Source of the DNA: Burkholderiaceae bacterium | Lineage (GTDB): Bacteria; Pseudomonadota; Gammaproteobacteria; Burkholderiales; Burkholderiaceae_C | Reading direction: 5' to 3' | DNA length: 64,000 bases | Assembly: GCA_048500255.1 (NCBI GenBank) | Contig: JASNYH010000006.1 | Span: forward strand, 133,352-197,351 | Shown: positions 31,290 through 45,215 of the stretch, in pieces | Layout: each line of letters opens with the position of its first letter | Numbering within the stretch: the first letter of the stretch is position 1 | The notes under the pieces: generated by a model | The model's input: the letters and a program-made list of their open reading frames with translations, nothing else | What the model was told of the DNA's origin: nothing | Databases searched by the model: none | Position numbers and translations under genes: made by a program

Positions 31290-31940
31290 TCACAGCCGGT
31301 GCGCGAGCCACGGCATCTTGAGCAGGCGCTCGGCTTCGAAGGCGCGGATCTTGTCGGCGTGGCGCAGCGTCAGGCCGATGTCGTCGTAGCCGTTGAGCAG
31401 GCAGTACTTGCGGAATGGCTGCACGTCGAACGCCAGTTCGCTGCCGTCGGGCTTGACGATGACCTGCCGCTCGAGGTCGACGGTCAGCATGTAGCCGACG
31501 AAGGCCGCCACTTCGTCGAACAGTCTCGCGACCTGCGCCTCGGGCAGCACGATCGGCAGCAGGCCGTTCTTGAAGCAGTTGTTGTAGAAGATGTCGGCAT
31601 AGCTCGGCGCGATCAGGGCGCGAAAGCCGTACTGTTCGAGCGCCCACGGCGCGTGCTCGCGGCTCGAGCCGCAGCCGAAGTTCTGGCGCGCCAGCAGGAT
31701 CGACGCGCCCTGGTAGCGCGGCTGGTTGAGCACGAAGTCGGGATTCGCCTTGCGCGACGCCGGATCCTGCCCCGGCTCGCCGTGGTCGAGGTAGCGCCAC
31801 TCGTCGAACAGATTGGGCCCGAAGCCGGTGCGGTGGATCGACTTCAGGAACTGCTTCGGGATGATGGCGTCGGTGTCGACGTTCTCGCGGTCGAGCGGCG
31901 CGACCAGCCCGCGGTGGACGGTGAACGCTTGCATGGCCAT
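31290..31940 (-). CDS. leuD: 3-isopropylmalate dehydratase small subunit
   Basis: 216 aa. [12 protein letters not shown] and [14 protein letters not shown]. Confidence 0.95.
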   Translation of the reverse strand: MAMQAFTVHRGLVAPLDRENVDTDAIIPKQFLKSIHRTGFGPNLFDEWRYLDHGEPGQDPASRKANPDFVLNQPRYQGASILLARQNFGCGSSREHAPWALEQYGFRALIAPSYADIFYNNCFKNGLLPIVLPEAQVARLFDEVAAFVGYMLTVDLERQVIVKPDGSELAFDVQPFRKYCLLNGYDDIGLTLRHADKIRAFEAERLLKMPWLAHRL

Positions 31941-32074
31941 TACTTCTTCTTGGCGGCTTCTTCGATCTTGTCGCCGGCCTTCGAGATGTCCTTGCCCATG
32001 CCCTCGATCGTGTTGCAGCCGGCGAGCAGGCCGAGCGCGGCGATCAGCGCCAGCAGGGTCGTCGTCTTCGTCAT
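31940..32074 (-). CDS. entericidin A/B-family small lipoprotein (44 aa; not in ORF track)
   Basis: Minus-strand ATG 32072-32074, six nt after GAGGAGG. Translation [44 protein letters not shown] with lipobox LLAGC. The TAA stop shares one base with the leuD ATG (TAATG at 31938-31942). An alternative upstream ATG at 32080 would add MD. Confidence 0.75.
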   Translation of the reverse strand: MTKTTTLLALIAALGLLAGCNTIEGMGKDISKAGDKIEEAAKKK

Positions 32075-32105
32075 GTCCATCCTCCTCGGTCGATGAGTTC
32101 TTGCG

Positions 32106-33518
32106 TCAGGCGATGCGGCGCACGTCGACGAAGTGGCCTTCGATCGCGGCCGCGGCGGCCATCGCGGGGCTCACCAGGTGCGTGCGCCCGCCGGCGCCCT
32201 GGCGGCCTTCGAAATTGCGGTTGCTCGTGGACGCGCAGCGCTCGCCCGGCTCGAGGCGGTCGGCGTTCATCGCGAGGCACATCGAGCAGCCGGGCTCTCG
32301 CCACTCGAAGCCGGCGGCCTTGAACACCTGGTCCAGCCCTTCCTGCTCGGCCTGCTGCTTGACGAGGCCCGATCCCGGCACGACGAGCGCCAGCTTCACG
32401 TTGCTGGCGAGGCGCCCGCCCAGCTTGCGCACGACGGCGGCGGCCTCGCGCAAGTCCTCGATGCGCGAGTTGGTGCACGAGCCGATGAACACCTTGTCGA
32501 TGCGGATGTCGGCGATCGGCTTGTTGGGCTCGAGATTCATGTACTGCAGCGCGCGCTCCATCGCGCCGCGCTTGACGGCGTCCTTCTCGCGCTCGGGATC
32601 GGGCACGCGGTCCTCGATCGAGACGACCATCTCGGGCGAGGTGCCCCAGGTCACCTGCGGGCGGATCTGCGCCGCGTCGAGTTCGACGACGGCGTCCCAC
32701 TTGGCGTCCGGATCGGAGCGCAGCGTGCGCCAGTAGGCGACGGCCTGCTCCCATTCGAGGCCCTGCGGCGCAAACGGGCGGCCCTGCACGTAGCGCAGCG
32801 TCGTGTCGTCGACGGCGACCAGCCCGGCGCGCGCGCCGGCCTCGATCGCCATGTTGCACACCGTCATGCGCCCTTCCATGCTCAGCGCGGCGATCGCGCT
32901 GCCGGCGAACTCGATCGTGTAGCCGGTGCCTCCGGCGGTGCCGATGCGGCCGATGATCGCGAGCACGATGTCCTTGGCGCCGCAGCCGCGCGCCAGCCGG
33001 CCGTCGACGCGCACCAGCATGTTCTTCGCCTTCTTGGCCAGCAGCGTCTGCGTCGCCAGCACGTGCTCGACCTCGCTGGTGCCGATGCCGTGCGCCAGCG
33101 CACCGAACGCGCCGTGCGTCGACGTGTGCGAGTCGCCGCACACCACCGTCATGCCGGGCAGCGTCGCGCCCTGCTCGGGGCCGATGACGTGCACGATGCC
33201 CTGGCGCTTGTCGTTCATCTTGAACTGCGTGATGCCGAGGCGGTCACAGTTGGCGTCGAGCGTCTCGACCTGCAGCCGCGACACCGGGTCGGCGATGCCC
33301 TGCGCGCGGTCCGTCGTCGGCACGTTGTGGTCGCTCACCGCGAGGTTGGCCGACAGGCGCCAGAGCTTGCGGTCGGCGAGATCGAGTCCCTGGAACGCCT
33401 GCGGGCTCGTCACCTCGTGCACAAGGTGGCGGTCGATGTAGAGGATCGTCGTGCCGTCGTCCTCGGCATGGACGACGTGGTCGTCCCAGAGCTTGTCGTA
33501 GAGGGTGCGTCCGGTCAT
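32106..33518 (-). CDS. leuC: 3-isopropylmalate dehydratase large subunit
   Basis: 470 codons from ATG 33516-33518 ([16 protein letters not shown]). [14 protein letters not shown], the Fe-S cysteines GSCTNSR and GCSMCL. Confidence 0.95.
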   Translation of the reverse strand: MTGRTLYDKLWDDHVVHAEDDGTTILYIDRHLVHEVTSPQAFQGLDLADRKLWRLSANLAVSDHNVPTTDRAQGIADPVSRLQVETLDANCDRLGITQFKMNDKRQGIVHVIGPEQGATLPGMTVVCGDSHTSTHGAFGALAHGIGTSEVEHVLATQTLLAKKAKNMLVRVDGRLARGCGAKDIVLAIIGRIGTAGGTGYTIEFAGSAIAALSMEGRMTVCNMAIEAGARAGLVAVDDTTLRYVQGRPFAPQGLEWEQAVAYWRTLRSDPDAKWDAVVELDAAQIRPQVTWGTSPEMVVSIEDRVPDPEREKDAVKRGAMERALQYMNLEPNKPIADIRIDKVFIGSCTNSRIEDLREAAAVVRKLGGRLASNVKLALVVPGSGLVKQQAEQEGLDQVFKAAGFEWREPGCSMCLAMNADRLEPGERCASTSNRNFEGRQGAGGRTHLVSPAMAAAAAIEGHFVDVRRIA

Positions 33519-33615
33519 GTCAGCAGGCGTCGGCGGGCGGCGAAGGCCGCTATTTTCCCGCACATTGGCGGCGTCGCCGCGCGGCCGGGCTTTCGGCCCG
33601 TGCCGGATCCGCCGC

Positions 33616-34623
33616 TCAGGCGCCGCCGGCAGCGGCGTGCATGCCCAGCCGCGCGAGCAGCGCGCGGTCGCGCTCGGCCTGCGGGTTGGCCGTCGTCAGC
33701 AGCCGCTCGCCGTAGAAGATGGAGTTGGCGCCGGCCAGCAGGCACAGGGCCTGCAGTGCGTCGTCCATCTGTTCGCGGCCGGCCGACAGGCGCACGCGCG
33801 CGCGCGGCATCGTGATGCGCGCGACGGCGATGGTGCGCACGAACTCGAACGGGTCGATCGCCTCCGTGCCGGCGAGCGGCGTGCCCTCGACATGCACCAG
33901 GTTGTTGATCGGCACCGACTCGGGATAGGGCTCGAGGTTGGCAAGCTGCGCGACGAGCCCGGCGCGGTGGCGCCGCGACTCGCCCAGGCCGACGATGCCG
34001 CCGCAGCACACCGAAACACCGACGGCACGCACGCGAGCCAGCGTGTCGAGGCGGTCCTGGTAGGTGCGCGTGCTGATGATCGCGCCGTAATGCTCGGGCG
34101 CCGTGTCGAGGTTGTGGTTGTAGTAGTCGAGACCGGCGTCGGCGAGCGCGCGCGCCTGCTCGTCGCTGAGCATGCCCAGCGTCATGCAGGTCTCCATGCC
34201 GAGCGCCTTGACCTCGCGCACCATCTCGACGAGGGGCTCGACGTGGCGATCGGCGGGCTCGCGCCACGCCGCGCCCATGCAGAAGCGCGTCGCGCCGTTG
34301 GCCTGCGCGGCGCGCGCGGCGTCGACCACCTCGCTCACCGGCAGCAGCTTGCTCGCCGTGACGCCGGTGTCGAAATGCGCAGACTGCGGACAGTAGCCGC
34401 AGTCCTCGGCACAACCGCCCGTCTTGATCGACAGCAGCGTCGAGAGCTGCACCTCGTTGGCGTCGAAGTGCTCGCGGTGCACCTGCTGCGCGCGGTAGAG
34501 CAGGTCGGCGAACGGCAGGTCGAACAGCGCCTCTACGGCGTCGACGCTCCAGCGCGCGGAGGCGGCCGGCGGTTCGGCGCGCCGCGCCGGCGCAACGAAA
34601 TGCAGAGTGGTCGTTTCGGACAT
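33616..34623 (-). CDS. bioB: biotin synthase
   Basis: 335 aa. Radical-SAM [11 protein letters not shown], and YNHNLDT. Confidence 0.95.
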   Translation of the reverse strand: MSETTTLHFVAPARRAEPPAASARWSVDAVEALFDLPFADLLYRAQQVHREHFDANEVQLSTLLSIKTGGCAEDCGYCPQSAHFDTGVTASKLLPVSEVVDAARAAQANGATRFCMGAAWREPADRHVEPLVEMVREVKALGMETCMTLGMLSDEQARALADAGLDYYNHNLDTAPEHYGAIISTRTYQDRLDTLARVRAVGVSVCCGGIVGLGESRRHRAGLVAQLANLEPYPESVPINNLVHVEGTPLAGTEAIDPFEFVRTIAVARITMPRARVRLSAGREQMDDALQALCLLAGANSIFYGERLLTTANPQAERDRALLARLGMHAAAGGA

Positions 34624-34632
34624 GGCGTGAGC

Positions 34633-35103
<471 letters not shown>

Positions 35104-35115
35104 CGTTCGGTTCCT

Positions 35116-37113
35116 TCAGGCGAAGCGCACGATCGGCTGGTCGACGGCGAGGCTCTCGCCGCGCGCCGCGAGCAGCTCGACGACGGTGCCGTCCTGCGCC
35201 GCGACGAGGATGTTCTCCATCTTCATCGCCTCGACGACGGCGAGCTTCTCGCCGGCGCGGACCGCCTGGCCTGGCTGCACCGCTACGTCGACGAGCAGGC
35301 CGGGCATCGGCGACAGCAGGAACTTGCTCGTGTCAGGCGGCGGCTTGTGCGGCATCAACCGGTGCAGCTCGGCGGCGCGCGGGGCGAGCACCAGCGCGTC
35401 GATGCTCGCGCCGTCGTGCGTGACGCGCAGGCCGAGGCCGCGGCGATCGATCTGGGCGTCGAACGGCCGGCCGTTGCAGGTGCCGCCGATGCGGATCGCG
35501 CCGTAGGCCCAATCGCTGGCGAACTCGTAGCGCCGCTCGCCCAGGCTCACGACGACGCTGCCGTTGCTCTGCACCTTGACCGGCGTGTGCTGAGCCTCGC
35601 CCTGCGGCGAGCGGGCGACGACGACGAAGTCGTCGCCGATGCGCATCCCGTGGCCGGGCAGCTGGCCGCTGATGCCGGCGGCGCGCTGCAGGTACTTGCG
35701 ATGCACGGCCGCTGCCAGCGCGATGAGGAAGCCTGGGTCGTCGTGCCCCACGTCGTGCGCGACGAAGCCGCTCGGGAAGTTCTCGGCGATGAAGCCGGTG
35801 TTGAAGTCCCCCGCGGCGAACCTCGGATGCGTCAGCAGTGCCGACTGGAACGCGATGTTGCTCGCCACGCCGCGGATCACGAAGGCATTGAGAGCCGCGC
35901 GCATCTTCGCGATCGCTTCGGCGCGGTCGCGGCCGTGCACGATCAGCTTGGCGATCATCGAGTCGTAGTAGACGGGGATCTCGCCGCCTTCGTAGACGCC
36001 GGTGTCGACGCGCACGCCTTCCGCTTGCGGCGGCGGCTGGTAGGCGACGAGCCGCCCCGTGCTCGGCAGGAAGCCGCGCGCCGGATCCTCGGCGTTGATG
36101 CGGCACTCCATCGCCCAGCCGTCGCGCCGGACTTCGCCCTGCCCGAACGGCAGCTTCTCGCCGGCGGCGACGCGGATCATCAGCGCGACGAGGTCGAGCC
36201 CGGTGATGCACTCGGTGACCGGGTGCTCGACCTGCAGCCGCGTGTTCATCTCGAGGAAGTAGAAGCTCTCGTCCTTGCCGACGACGAACTCGACGGTGCC
36301 CGCGCTCTGGTACTTCACCGCCCGGGCCAGCGCGACGGCCTGCTCGCCCATCGCGCGGCGCGTCGCGTCGCCGATGAAGGGCGACGGCGCCTCCTCGATC
36401 ACCTTCTGGTGGCGGCGCTGGATCGAGCACTCGCGCTCGTTGAGGTAGACGACGTTGCCGTGCGCGTCGCCGAGCACCTGGATCTCGATGTGGCGCGGCT
36501 CCTCGACGAACTTCTCGATGAAGACGCGATCGTCGCCGAAGCTGTTGCGCGCCTCGTTCCTGCACGACGAGAAACCCTCGAACGCCTCCTGGTCGTTGAA
36601 CGCGACGCGCAGACCTTTGCCGCCGCCGCCCGCGCTGGCCTTGATCATCACCGGGTAGCCGATGCCGCGCGCGATCTCGACGGCGCGCTCGGCCGACTCG
36701 ATGGCGTCGCTCCAGCCGGGAATCGTGTTCACCTTGGCCCCGGTCGCCAGCTTCTTCGACGCGATCTTGTCGCCCATCGCGGCGATCGAATAGTGCTTCG
36801 GGCCGATAAAGACGATGCCCTCTTCCTCGACGCGGCGCGCGAAGTCCTCGTTCTCCGACAGGAAGCCGTAGCCCGGGTGCACGGCCTCGGCGCCCGTCTT
36901 CTTGCACGCAGCGATGATCTTGTCGGCCTGCAGGTACGACTCGCGCGACGGCGCGGCGCCGATGTGCACCGCCTCGTCGGCCATCTCGACGTGCAGCGCG
37001 TCGCGGTCGGCATCGGAGTAGACGGCGACCGTCGCGATGCCCATCTTGCGCGCCGTGCGGATGACGCGGCAGGCGATCTCGCCGCGATTGGCGATCAGGA
37101 TCTTCTTGAACAT
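35116..37113 (-). CDS. pccA: propionyl-CoA (acyl-CoA) carboxylase alpha subunit: biotin carboxylase + BCCP
   Basis: 665 aa. MFKKILIANRGEIACRVIRTA, an ATP-grasp core, and the C-terminal biotinyl-lysine motif VEAMKMEN. Confidence 0.9.
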   Translation of the reverse strand: MFKKILIANRGEIACRVIRTARKMGIATVAVYSDADRDALHVEMADEAVHIGAAPSRESYLQADKIIAACKKTGAEAVHPGYGFLSENEDFARRVEEEGIVFIGPKHYSIAAMGDKIASKKLATGAKVNTIPGWSDAIESAERAVEIARGIGYPVMIKASAGGGGKGLRVAFNDQEAFEGFSSCRNEARNSFGDDRVFIEKFVEEPRHIEIQVLGDAHGNVVYLNERECSIQRRHQKVIEEAPSPFIGDATRRAMGEQAVALARAVKYQSAGTVEFVVGKDESFYFLEMNTRLQVEHPVTECITGLDLVALMIRVAAGEKLPFGQGEVRRDGWAMECRINAEDPARGFLPSTGRLVAYQPPPQAEGVRVDTGVYEGGEIPVYYDSMIAKLIVHGRDRAEAIAKMRAALNAFVIRGVASNIAFQSALLTHPRFAAGDFNTGFIAENFPSGFVAHDVGHDDPGFLIALAAAVHRKYLQRAAGISGQLPGHGMRIGDDFVVVARSPQGEAQHTPVKVQSNGSVVVSLGERRYEFASDWAYGAIRIGGTCNGRPFDAQIDRRGLGLRVTHDGASIDALVLAPRAAELHRLMPHKPPPDTSKFLLSPMPGLLVDVAVQPGQAVRAGEKLAVVEAMKMENILVAAQDGTVVELLAARGESLAVDQPIVRFA

Positions 37114-37123
37114 GGCCCCGGTC

Positions 37124-38656
<1,533 letters not shown>

Positions 38657-38674
38657 CGTGACTCCCGTTGTTCT

Positions 38675-39700
38675 TCAGGACTGCGTGGGTTCGTTGAAGG
38701 CGGCGAGCAGCGCGCGCGCCGCGGCGCTGGCCGCGAGCCGCCCTTCGCGCACGCCGGCCGTCGTGTCGGCCAGCGCGGCGCGCACCGCTGGATGGCCGGC
38801 GAAGCGCTGGCGCAGGCCGGCGTGGATCAGGTCCCACATCCAGCGCTCGGCCTGGCGCTGGCGGCGCCGGGCGAATTCGCCGTTGGCCTGCTGCGTGGCG
38901 CGGAACTGCTCGACGTGCGACCAGAAGGCGTCGAGCCCGGCGCCCGTCAGCGCGCTCGCCTGGAGCACGCGCGGATGCCAGATCGTCGCGTCGTGCGCCG
39001 CATGCTCGGGCCGCCCGTGCTGGCCGAACAGGCGCAGGGCCGACGTGATGTGCGCCGCGGCGCGCGACGCGGCGTCGGGGTCGGCGTCTGCCTTGTTGAC
39101 GACGACCAGGTCGGCAATCTCCATCACGCCCTTCTTGATCGCCTGCAACTCGTCGCCGGCGTTGGGCAGTTGCAGCAGCACGAAGAGATCCGTCATGCCG
39201 GCGACCGCCGTCTCGCTCTGGCCGACGCCCACCGTCTCGACGATCACGATGTCGTGGCCCGCCGCCTCGCACACCAGGATCGCCTCGCGCGTGCGTTCGG
39301 CCACACCGCCGAGTGTGCCGGCCGCCGGGCTCGGCCGGATGTAGGCGCGCTCGTCGACCGACAGGCGCTCCATGCGCGTCTTGTCGCCGAGGATCGATCC
39401 GCCCGACACGGCCGACGAGGGATCGACGGCGAGCACGGCGACGCGATGGCCGCGCTCGACGAGGTGCAGGCCGAACGTCTCGATGAAGGTCGACTTGCCG
39501 ACGCCAGGCACGCCGGAGATGCCGATGCGCAGCGCGCCGCCGGCGGCCGGCATCAGCGCGTTGAGCAGGGCGTCGGCGCGCTGCCGGTCGGCGACGCGCG
39601 TCGACTCGAGCAGCGTGATCGACTTTGCGACGGCGCGGCGCCGCGCGGCGCCCTCGCCGTGCAGCACGCCCTCGACCAGCGCGTCGGCAGCGACAGGCAC
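38675..39700 (-). CDS. meaB: methylmalonyl-CoA mutase-associated GTPase (G3E family)
   Basis: 341 aa, GTG start. P-loop GVPGVGKST, ETVGVGQSE and NKAD. Confidence 0.9.
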   Translation of the reverse strand: MPVAADALVEGVLHGEGAARRRAVAKSITLLESTRVADRQRADALLNALMPAAGGALRIGISGVPGVGKSTFIETFGLHLVERGHRVAVLAVDPSSAVSGGSILGDKTRMERLSVDERAYIRPSPAAGTLGGVAERTREAILVCEAAGHDIVIVETVGVGQSETAVAGMTDLFVLLQLPNAGDELQAIKKGVMEIADLVVVNKADADPDAASRAAAHITSALRLFGQHGRPEHAAHDATIWHPRVLQASALTGAGLDAFWSHVEQFRATQQANGEFARRRQRQAERWMWDLIHAGLRQRFAGHPAVRAALADTTAGVREGRLAASAAARALLAAFNEPTQS

Positions 39701-39701
39701 G

Positions 39702-41870
<2,169 letters not shown>

Positions 41871-41932
41871 GGCAGCAGCAACGACAGGAGGCTGGACATG
41901 GATCATACATGATGCATAATTATGAATTCAAG
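41871..41932. promoter_or_regulatory. divergent promoter/operator region between mcm operon and GntR regulator
   Basis: A 62-nt spacer that is strikingly AT-rich for this genome. It contains a perfect 10-bp palindrome CATAATTATG (41915-41924, reading CATAAT on both strands), an 8-bp palindrome TGAATTCA (41923-41930), and the direct repeat ACATG-N6-ACATG (41896-41911). Confidence 0.35.
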
Positions 41933-42604
41933 ATGGCTGAGTCCGCGATCCAACCCCCATCGGCAGCGCCTTCCGCGCTGGCGCCGCGCGCGCTCTACCA
42001 GGACGTGGCCGAGCGGCTGCGACAGAAGATCTTCGACCGCGCGCTCGAGCCCGGCAGCTGGATCGACGAGCAGCGCCTCGCCGCCGAATGGGGCATCAGT
42101 CGCACGCCGCTGCGCGAGGCGCTGAAGGTGCTGGCCGTCGAGGGCCTGGTCACGATGAAGGTACGACGCGGCGCCTACGTCACCGAGATGTCGGCGGCCG
42201 ACGTGCAGCAGGTCTATCACCTGCTTGCCGTGCTCGAGAGCGACGCTGCCGCCGAGGTGGCGCGCCAGGCGAGCGACGAGCAGATCGCAGAGCTGCGCGC
42301 GCTGCACGACCGACTCGAGAAGCAGTCCCGCCAGCGCGACGCCTTCTTCGACACCAACGAGCGCTTCCACATGCGCCTGCTCGAGATCGCCGGCAACCGC
42401 TGGCGCCGGCAGATCGTGGCCGACCTGCGCAAGGTGATGAAGCTCAACCGCCATCACTCGCTGTTCAAGGCCGGTCGGCTGGCGGAATCGCTGGCCGAGC
42501 ACCGGCGCGTGATGGCGGCGCTCGAACAGCGCGACGCCCGGCGCGCCGCCACGCTGATGCGCGAGCACTTCGACAACGGGCTGGCCGCGGCGGCCGGCGG
42601 CTGA
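41933..42604 (+). CDS. GntR-family transcriptional regulator with FCD ligand-binding domain
   Basis: Winged-helix part ..LAAEWGISRTPLREALKVLAVEGLVT.., followed by a helical FCD-like domain (..FHMRLLEIAGN.., ..EHRRVMAALEQRD..). Start set at ATG 41933. The track start at 41909 adds the AT-rich codons MMHNYEFK. Confidence 0.85.
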   Translation: MAESAIQPPSAAPSALAPRALYQDVAERLRQKIFDRALEPGSWIDEQRLAAEWGISRTPLREALKVLAVEGLVTMKVRRGAYVTEMSAADVQQVYHLLAVLESDAAAEVARQASDEQIAELRALHDRLEKQSRQRDAFFDTNERFHMRLLEIAGNRWRRQIVADLRKVMKLNRHHSLFKAGRLAESLAEHRRVMAALEQRDARRAATLMREHFDNGLAAAAGG

Positions 42605-42614
42605 ATCCGCGCGG

Positions 42615-44171
42615 CTAGCGCGCTCCGCCTGCCTCCCGCGCCTGCGCCGCCTGCAGCGCGCGCACCGTCTGGATCGTGTCGGCCTCGTCGGCCCGCTTGT
42701 CGGGCCGGTAACCCTTGACGCGCGCGAAGCGCAACGCGAGCCCGCCCGGATAGTGCGGGCTGCGCTGCACGTCGTTGAACGCGATCTCGACGACGAGCTC
42801 GGGCCGCACGTGCACCGTGGTCGCAACGCGGTGCGTCTCGCGCGCCAGCAGCTCGGCAGTCTGCCATTCGAGCAGCGCGTCGGTCAGGCCCTTGAATGTC
42901 TTGCCGAGCATCACCCAGCCGCCGGCCGGGTCGCGCGCGCCGAGGTGCAGATTCGACAGCCGGCCGCGGCGCCGGCCGTGGCCCCATTCGGCGGCCAGCA
43001 CGACGAGGTCGAGCGTGTGCACGCGCTTGATCTTCAGCCAGGCCGTGCCGCGACCGCCGGCCTCGTAGGGCGCGTCGAGCGACTTCGCCATCACGCCTTC
43101 GTGGCCGCGCGCCAGCGCGTCGGCGTAGAACTCCTCGGCCGCGACGACGTCGGCTGTCACCAGCCGCGACACGACGAGCGCGGGCGGCAGCGCGCTCGCC
43201 AGCGCGTCGTAGCGTTCGCGCGCCGGGCGGTCGAGCAGCGGTGCACCGTCGAGGTGCAGGCAGTCGAAGATATACACCGTCAACGGCAGCTCGGCTCGCA
43301 GCCTGTCGACGTCGAGCTTGCGGCCGAAGCGGCGCATCGTCTCCTGGAAGGGCCGCGGCGCGCCGGCGGCGTCGAGCGCGATCGCCTCGCCGTCGAGCAC
43401 CAGCTCGCCGGCCGGCAGCGCCGCCACGGCCTCGACGATCTCGGGCACCGACGCCGTCACGTCGTTGAGGTTGCGCGTGTAGACGCCGACGCGGTCCTGC
43501 GCCTTGTGCACCTGCACGCGCGCGCCGTCGAGCTTCCACTCGAACGCCGCCGTGCCAAGCCGCGCCATCGCATCGGCGACGTCGTCGGCCGGCTGCGCGA
43601 GCATCGGCTGGATCGGCCTGTGCGGCGTCACGGCGTAGCGCGCCAGCGCGGCGGCGCCTTCGGCGAGCGCGGCGCGGGCCGCACGCGGCAGGTTGCCGAC
43701 CAGCATTGCGGCGCGCCGCACGTCGGCCGCCGGCACGCCGGCCGCTGCAGCGACGGCGTCGGCCATCACGCCTTCGAGCGCGCCCTGGCGCAGTTCGCCG
43801 CTCAGCAGGCGGCGCAGGAAGTCCTGCTCATCGGCGGTGGCGCGCTCGAACAGCTCGCGCAACAGCGCGTCGCGCGCGGCGGCCGAGCCCTCGCCGGTGG
43901 TGGCGGCGATGCGCGCCAGCAGCGCATCGGCGTCGAGCAGCGTCAGCGACGGCTGCACGGCCGCCATGCCGTGCAGTGCGACCAGCGCCGACCAGCGCAG
44001 GCCAATGCGCCCCTGGCGTGTCTCGCCCGCGAGCCAGGCGGCGGCGATCTCGATTTCGTCGCCCTCGGCCGCGCGCAGGCACGCCGCGATCGCGTCGCGC
44101 TTGGCCGTGCGGCTGCCGGTGCCGGCGACGCGGCGCGACGTGTCGGCCACGGTGGCGAGCGGCATCGTCAT
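42615..44171 (-). CDS. ATP-dependent DNA ligase (three-domain DBD-NTase-OB type)
   Basis: 518 aa. Motif I EWKLDGARVQV (KxDG), LVLDGEAIAL, VYIFDCLHLDG, HEGVMAKS, WLKIK, and the C-terminal OB/motif VI LRFARVKGYRPDK. Confidence 0.9.
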   Translation of the reverse strand: MTMPLATVADTSRRVAGTGSRTAKRDAIAACLRAAEGDEIEIAAAWLAGETRQGRIGLRWSALVALHGMAAVQPSLTLLDADALLARIAATTGEGSAAARDALLRELFERATADEQDFLRRLLSGELRQGALEGVMADAVAAAAGVPAADVRRAAMLVGNLPRAARAALAEGAAALARYAVTPHRPIQPMLAQPADDVADAMARLGTAAFEWKLDGARVQVHKAQDRVGVYTRNLNDVTASVPEIVEAVAALPAGELVLDGEAIALDAAGAPRPFQETMRRFGRKLDVDRLRAELPLTVYIFDCLHLDGAPLLDRPARERYDALASALPPALVVSRLVTADVVAAEEFYADALARGHEGVMAKSLDAPYEAGGRGTAWLKIKRVHTLDLVVLAAEWGHGRRRGRLSNLHLGARDPAGGWVMLGKTFKGLTDALLEWQTAELLARETHRVATTVHVRPELVVEIAFNDVQRSPHYPGGLALRFARVKGYRPDKRADEADTIQTVRALQAAQAREAGGAR

Positions 44172-44258
44172 GGCGGCATTGTCGGCATGGCGCGATCTGC
44201 CTGCGGCTCACGTAGGCTTGGCGGCTGGAACACACACCGCACTGCGAGAGGAATCGCC

Positions 44259-45122
44259 ATGTCCGAAAGCTCACGGCCCGCCGGCCGCAAGGTCTGGCTC
44301 ATCACCGGCTGCTCGTCCGGCCTCGGCCGCGCGCTGGCCGAGCACGTGCTCGGCCGCGGCGACGCCGCCGTGCTGACGGCGCGCGATACGAGCCCACTGG
44401 CGCCGCTCGCCGCAGCGCACGGCGAGCGCGCGCAGTTGGCGACGCTCGACGTCACGAGGCCCGACGACATCCGCACTGCCGTGGGCGCGGCGATCGACCG
44501 CCATGGCCGCATCGACGTGCTCGTCAACAACGCCGGCTACGGCTTCATCGGCGCGCTCGAGGAGACCAGCGAAGACGAATGCCGCGACGTCTTCGCCGCC
44601 AACGTTCGGGGCCCGCTGCAGCTCACGCAGGCCGTGCTGCCGCAGATGCGCCGCCAGGGCGGCGGCCGCATCGTCCAGATCTCGAGCAACCTGGGGCTGG
44701 TGTCGCGCGCCGGCTATGCGATCTACAGCGCGAGCAAGTTCGCGCTCGAGGGCTGGTCCGACGCGCTGGCCGCCGAGGCGGCGCCGTTCGGCATCCACGT
44801 CATCTGCGTCGAGCCCGGGGCGTTCCGCACCGAGTTCCTCGGTCGCTCGCTGCACACCGCAAGGCTGCGCCTGCCGGCCTACGAATCGAGCGTGGGCACC
44901 AACCGCGACACGATCGCGCAGCGCCAGGGCAAGCAGCCCAACGACCCGGCCCGCGGCGCCTGCGTCATCGCGCAGGCCGTCGATGCCGCGCAGCCGCCGC
45001 GCCACCTGCCGCTGGGCGCCGACGCCTACCGCAACATCCGCGCCAAGCTCGAACGCATCGCGGCCGACCTCGCGGAGTGGGAAGCGGTCGCGACAGCGAC
45101 GGGGTACGAGCCCCAATCATGA
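44259..45122 (+). CDS. short-chain dehydrogenase/reductase (SDR)
   Basis: 287 aa from ATG 44259. TGCSSGLGRA (TGxxxGxG), NNAGYG, and catalytic YSASK. Confidence 0.88.
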   Translation: MSESSRPAGRKVWLITGCSSGLGRALAEHVLGRGDAAVLTARDTSPLAPLAAAHGERAQLATLDVTRPDDIRTAVGAAIDRHGRIDVLVNNAGYGFIGALEETSEDECRDVFAANVRGPLQLTQAVLPQMRRQGGGRIVQISSNLGLVSRAGYAIYSASKFALEGWSDALAAEAAPFGIHVICVEPGAFRTEFLGRSLHTARLRLPAYESSVGTNRDTIAQRQGKQPNDPARGACVIAQAVDAAQPPRHLPLGADAYRNIRAKLERIAADLAEWEAVATATGYEPQS

Positions 45123-45215
45123 AGAAGAGGTGGCAGCGCGGCATGGCGTGCTGATGATCGCGCTTCAGCAGCGCAGTCGTACACTGGCCGCGTCGTCGTG
45201 CCGAGGAGTCGCGCC

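Noticed and set aside
41906-41932. Track start codons that extend the mutase (ATG 41906) and the GntR gene (ATG 41909) into the spacer, which would make the two genes almost abut
   Set aside because: The added codons are AT-ending (ATC CAT GTC CAG CCT.. and ATG CAT AAT TAT GAA TTC AAG), unlike the strong GC3 bias of every confident gene here. Downstream ATGs give normal N-termini.
42605-42614. 8-bp palindrome CCGCGCGG in the 10-nt gap between the convergent GntR and ligase genes, considered as a terminator
   Set aside because: It is too short to form a stable stem-loop with a loop, and there is no U-tract. It is probably fortuitous in GC-rich DNA.
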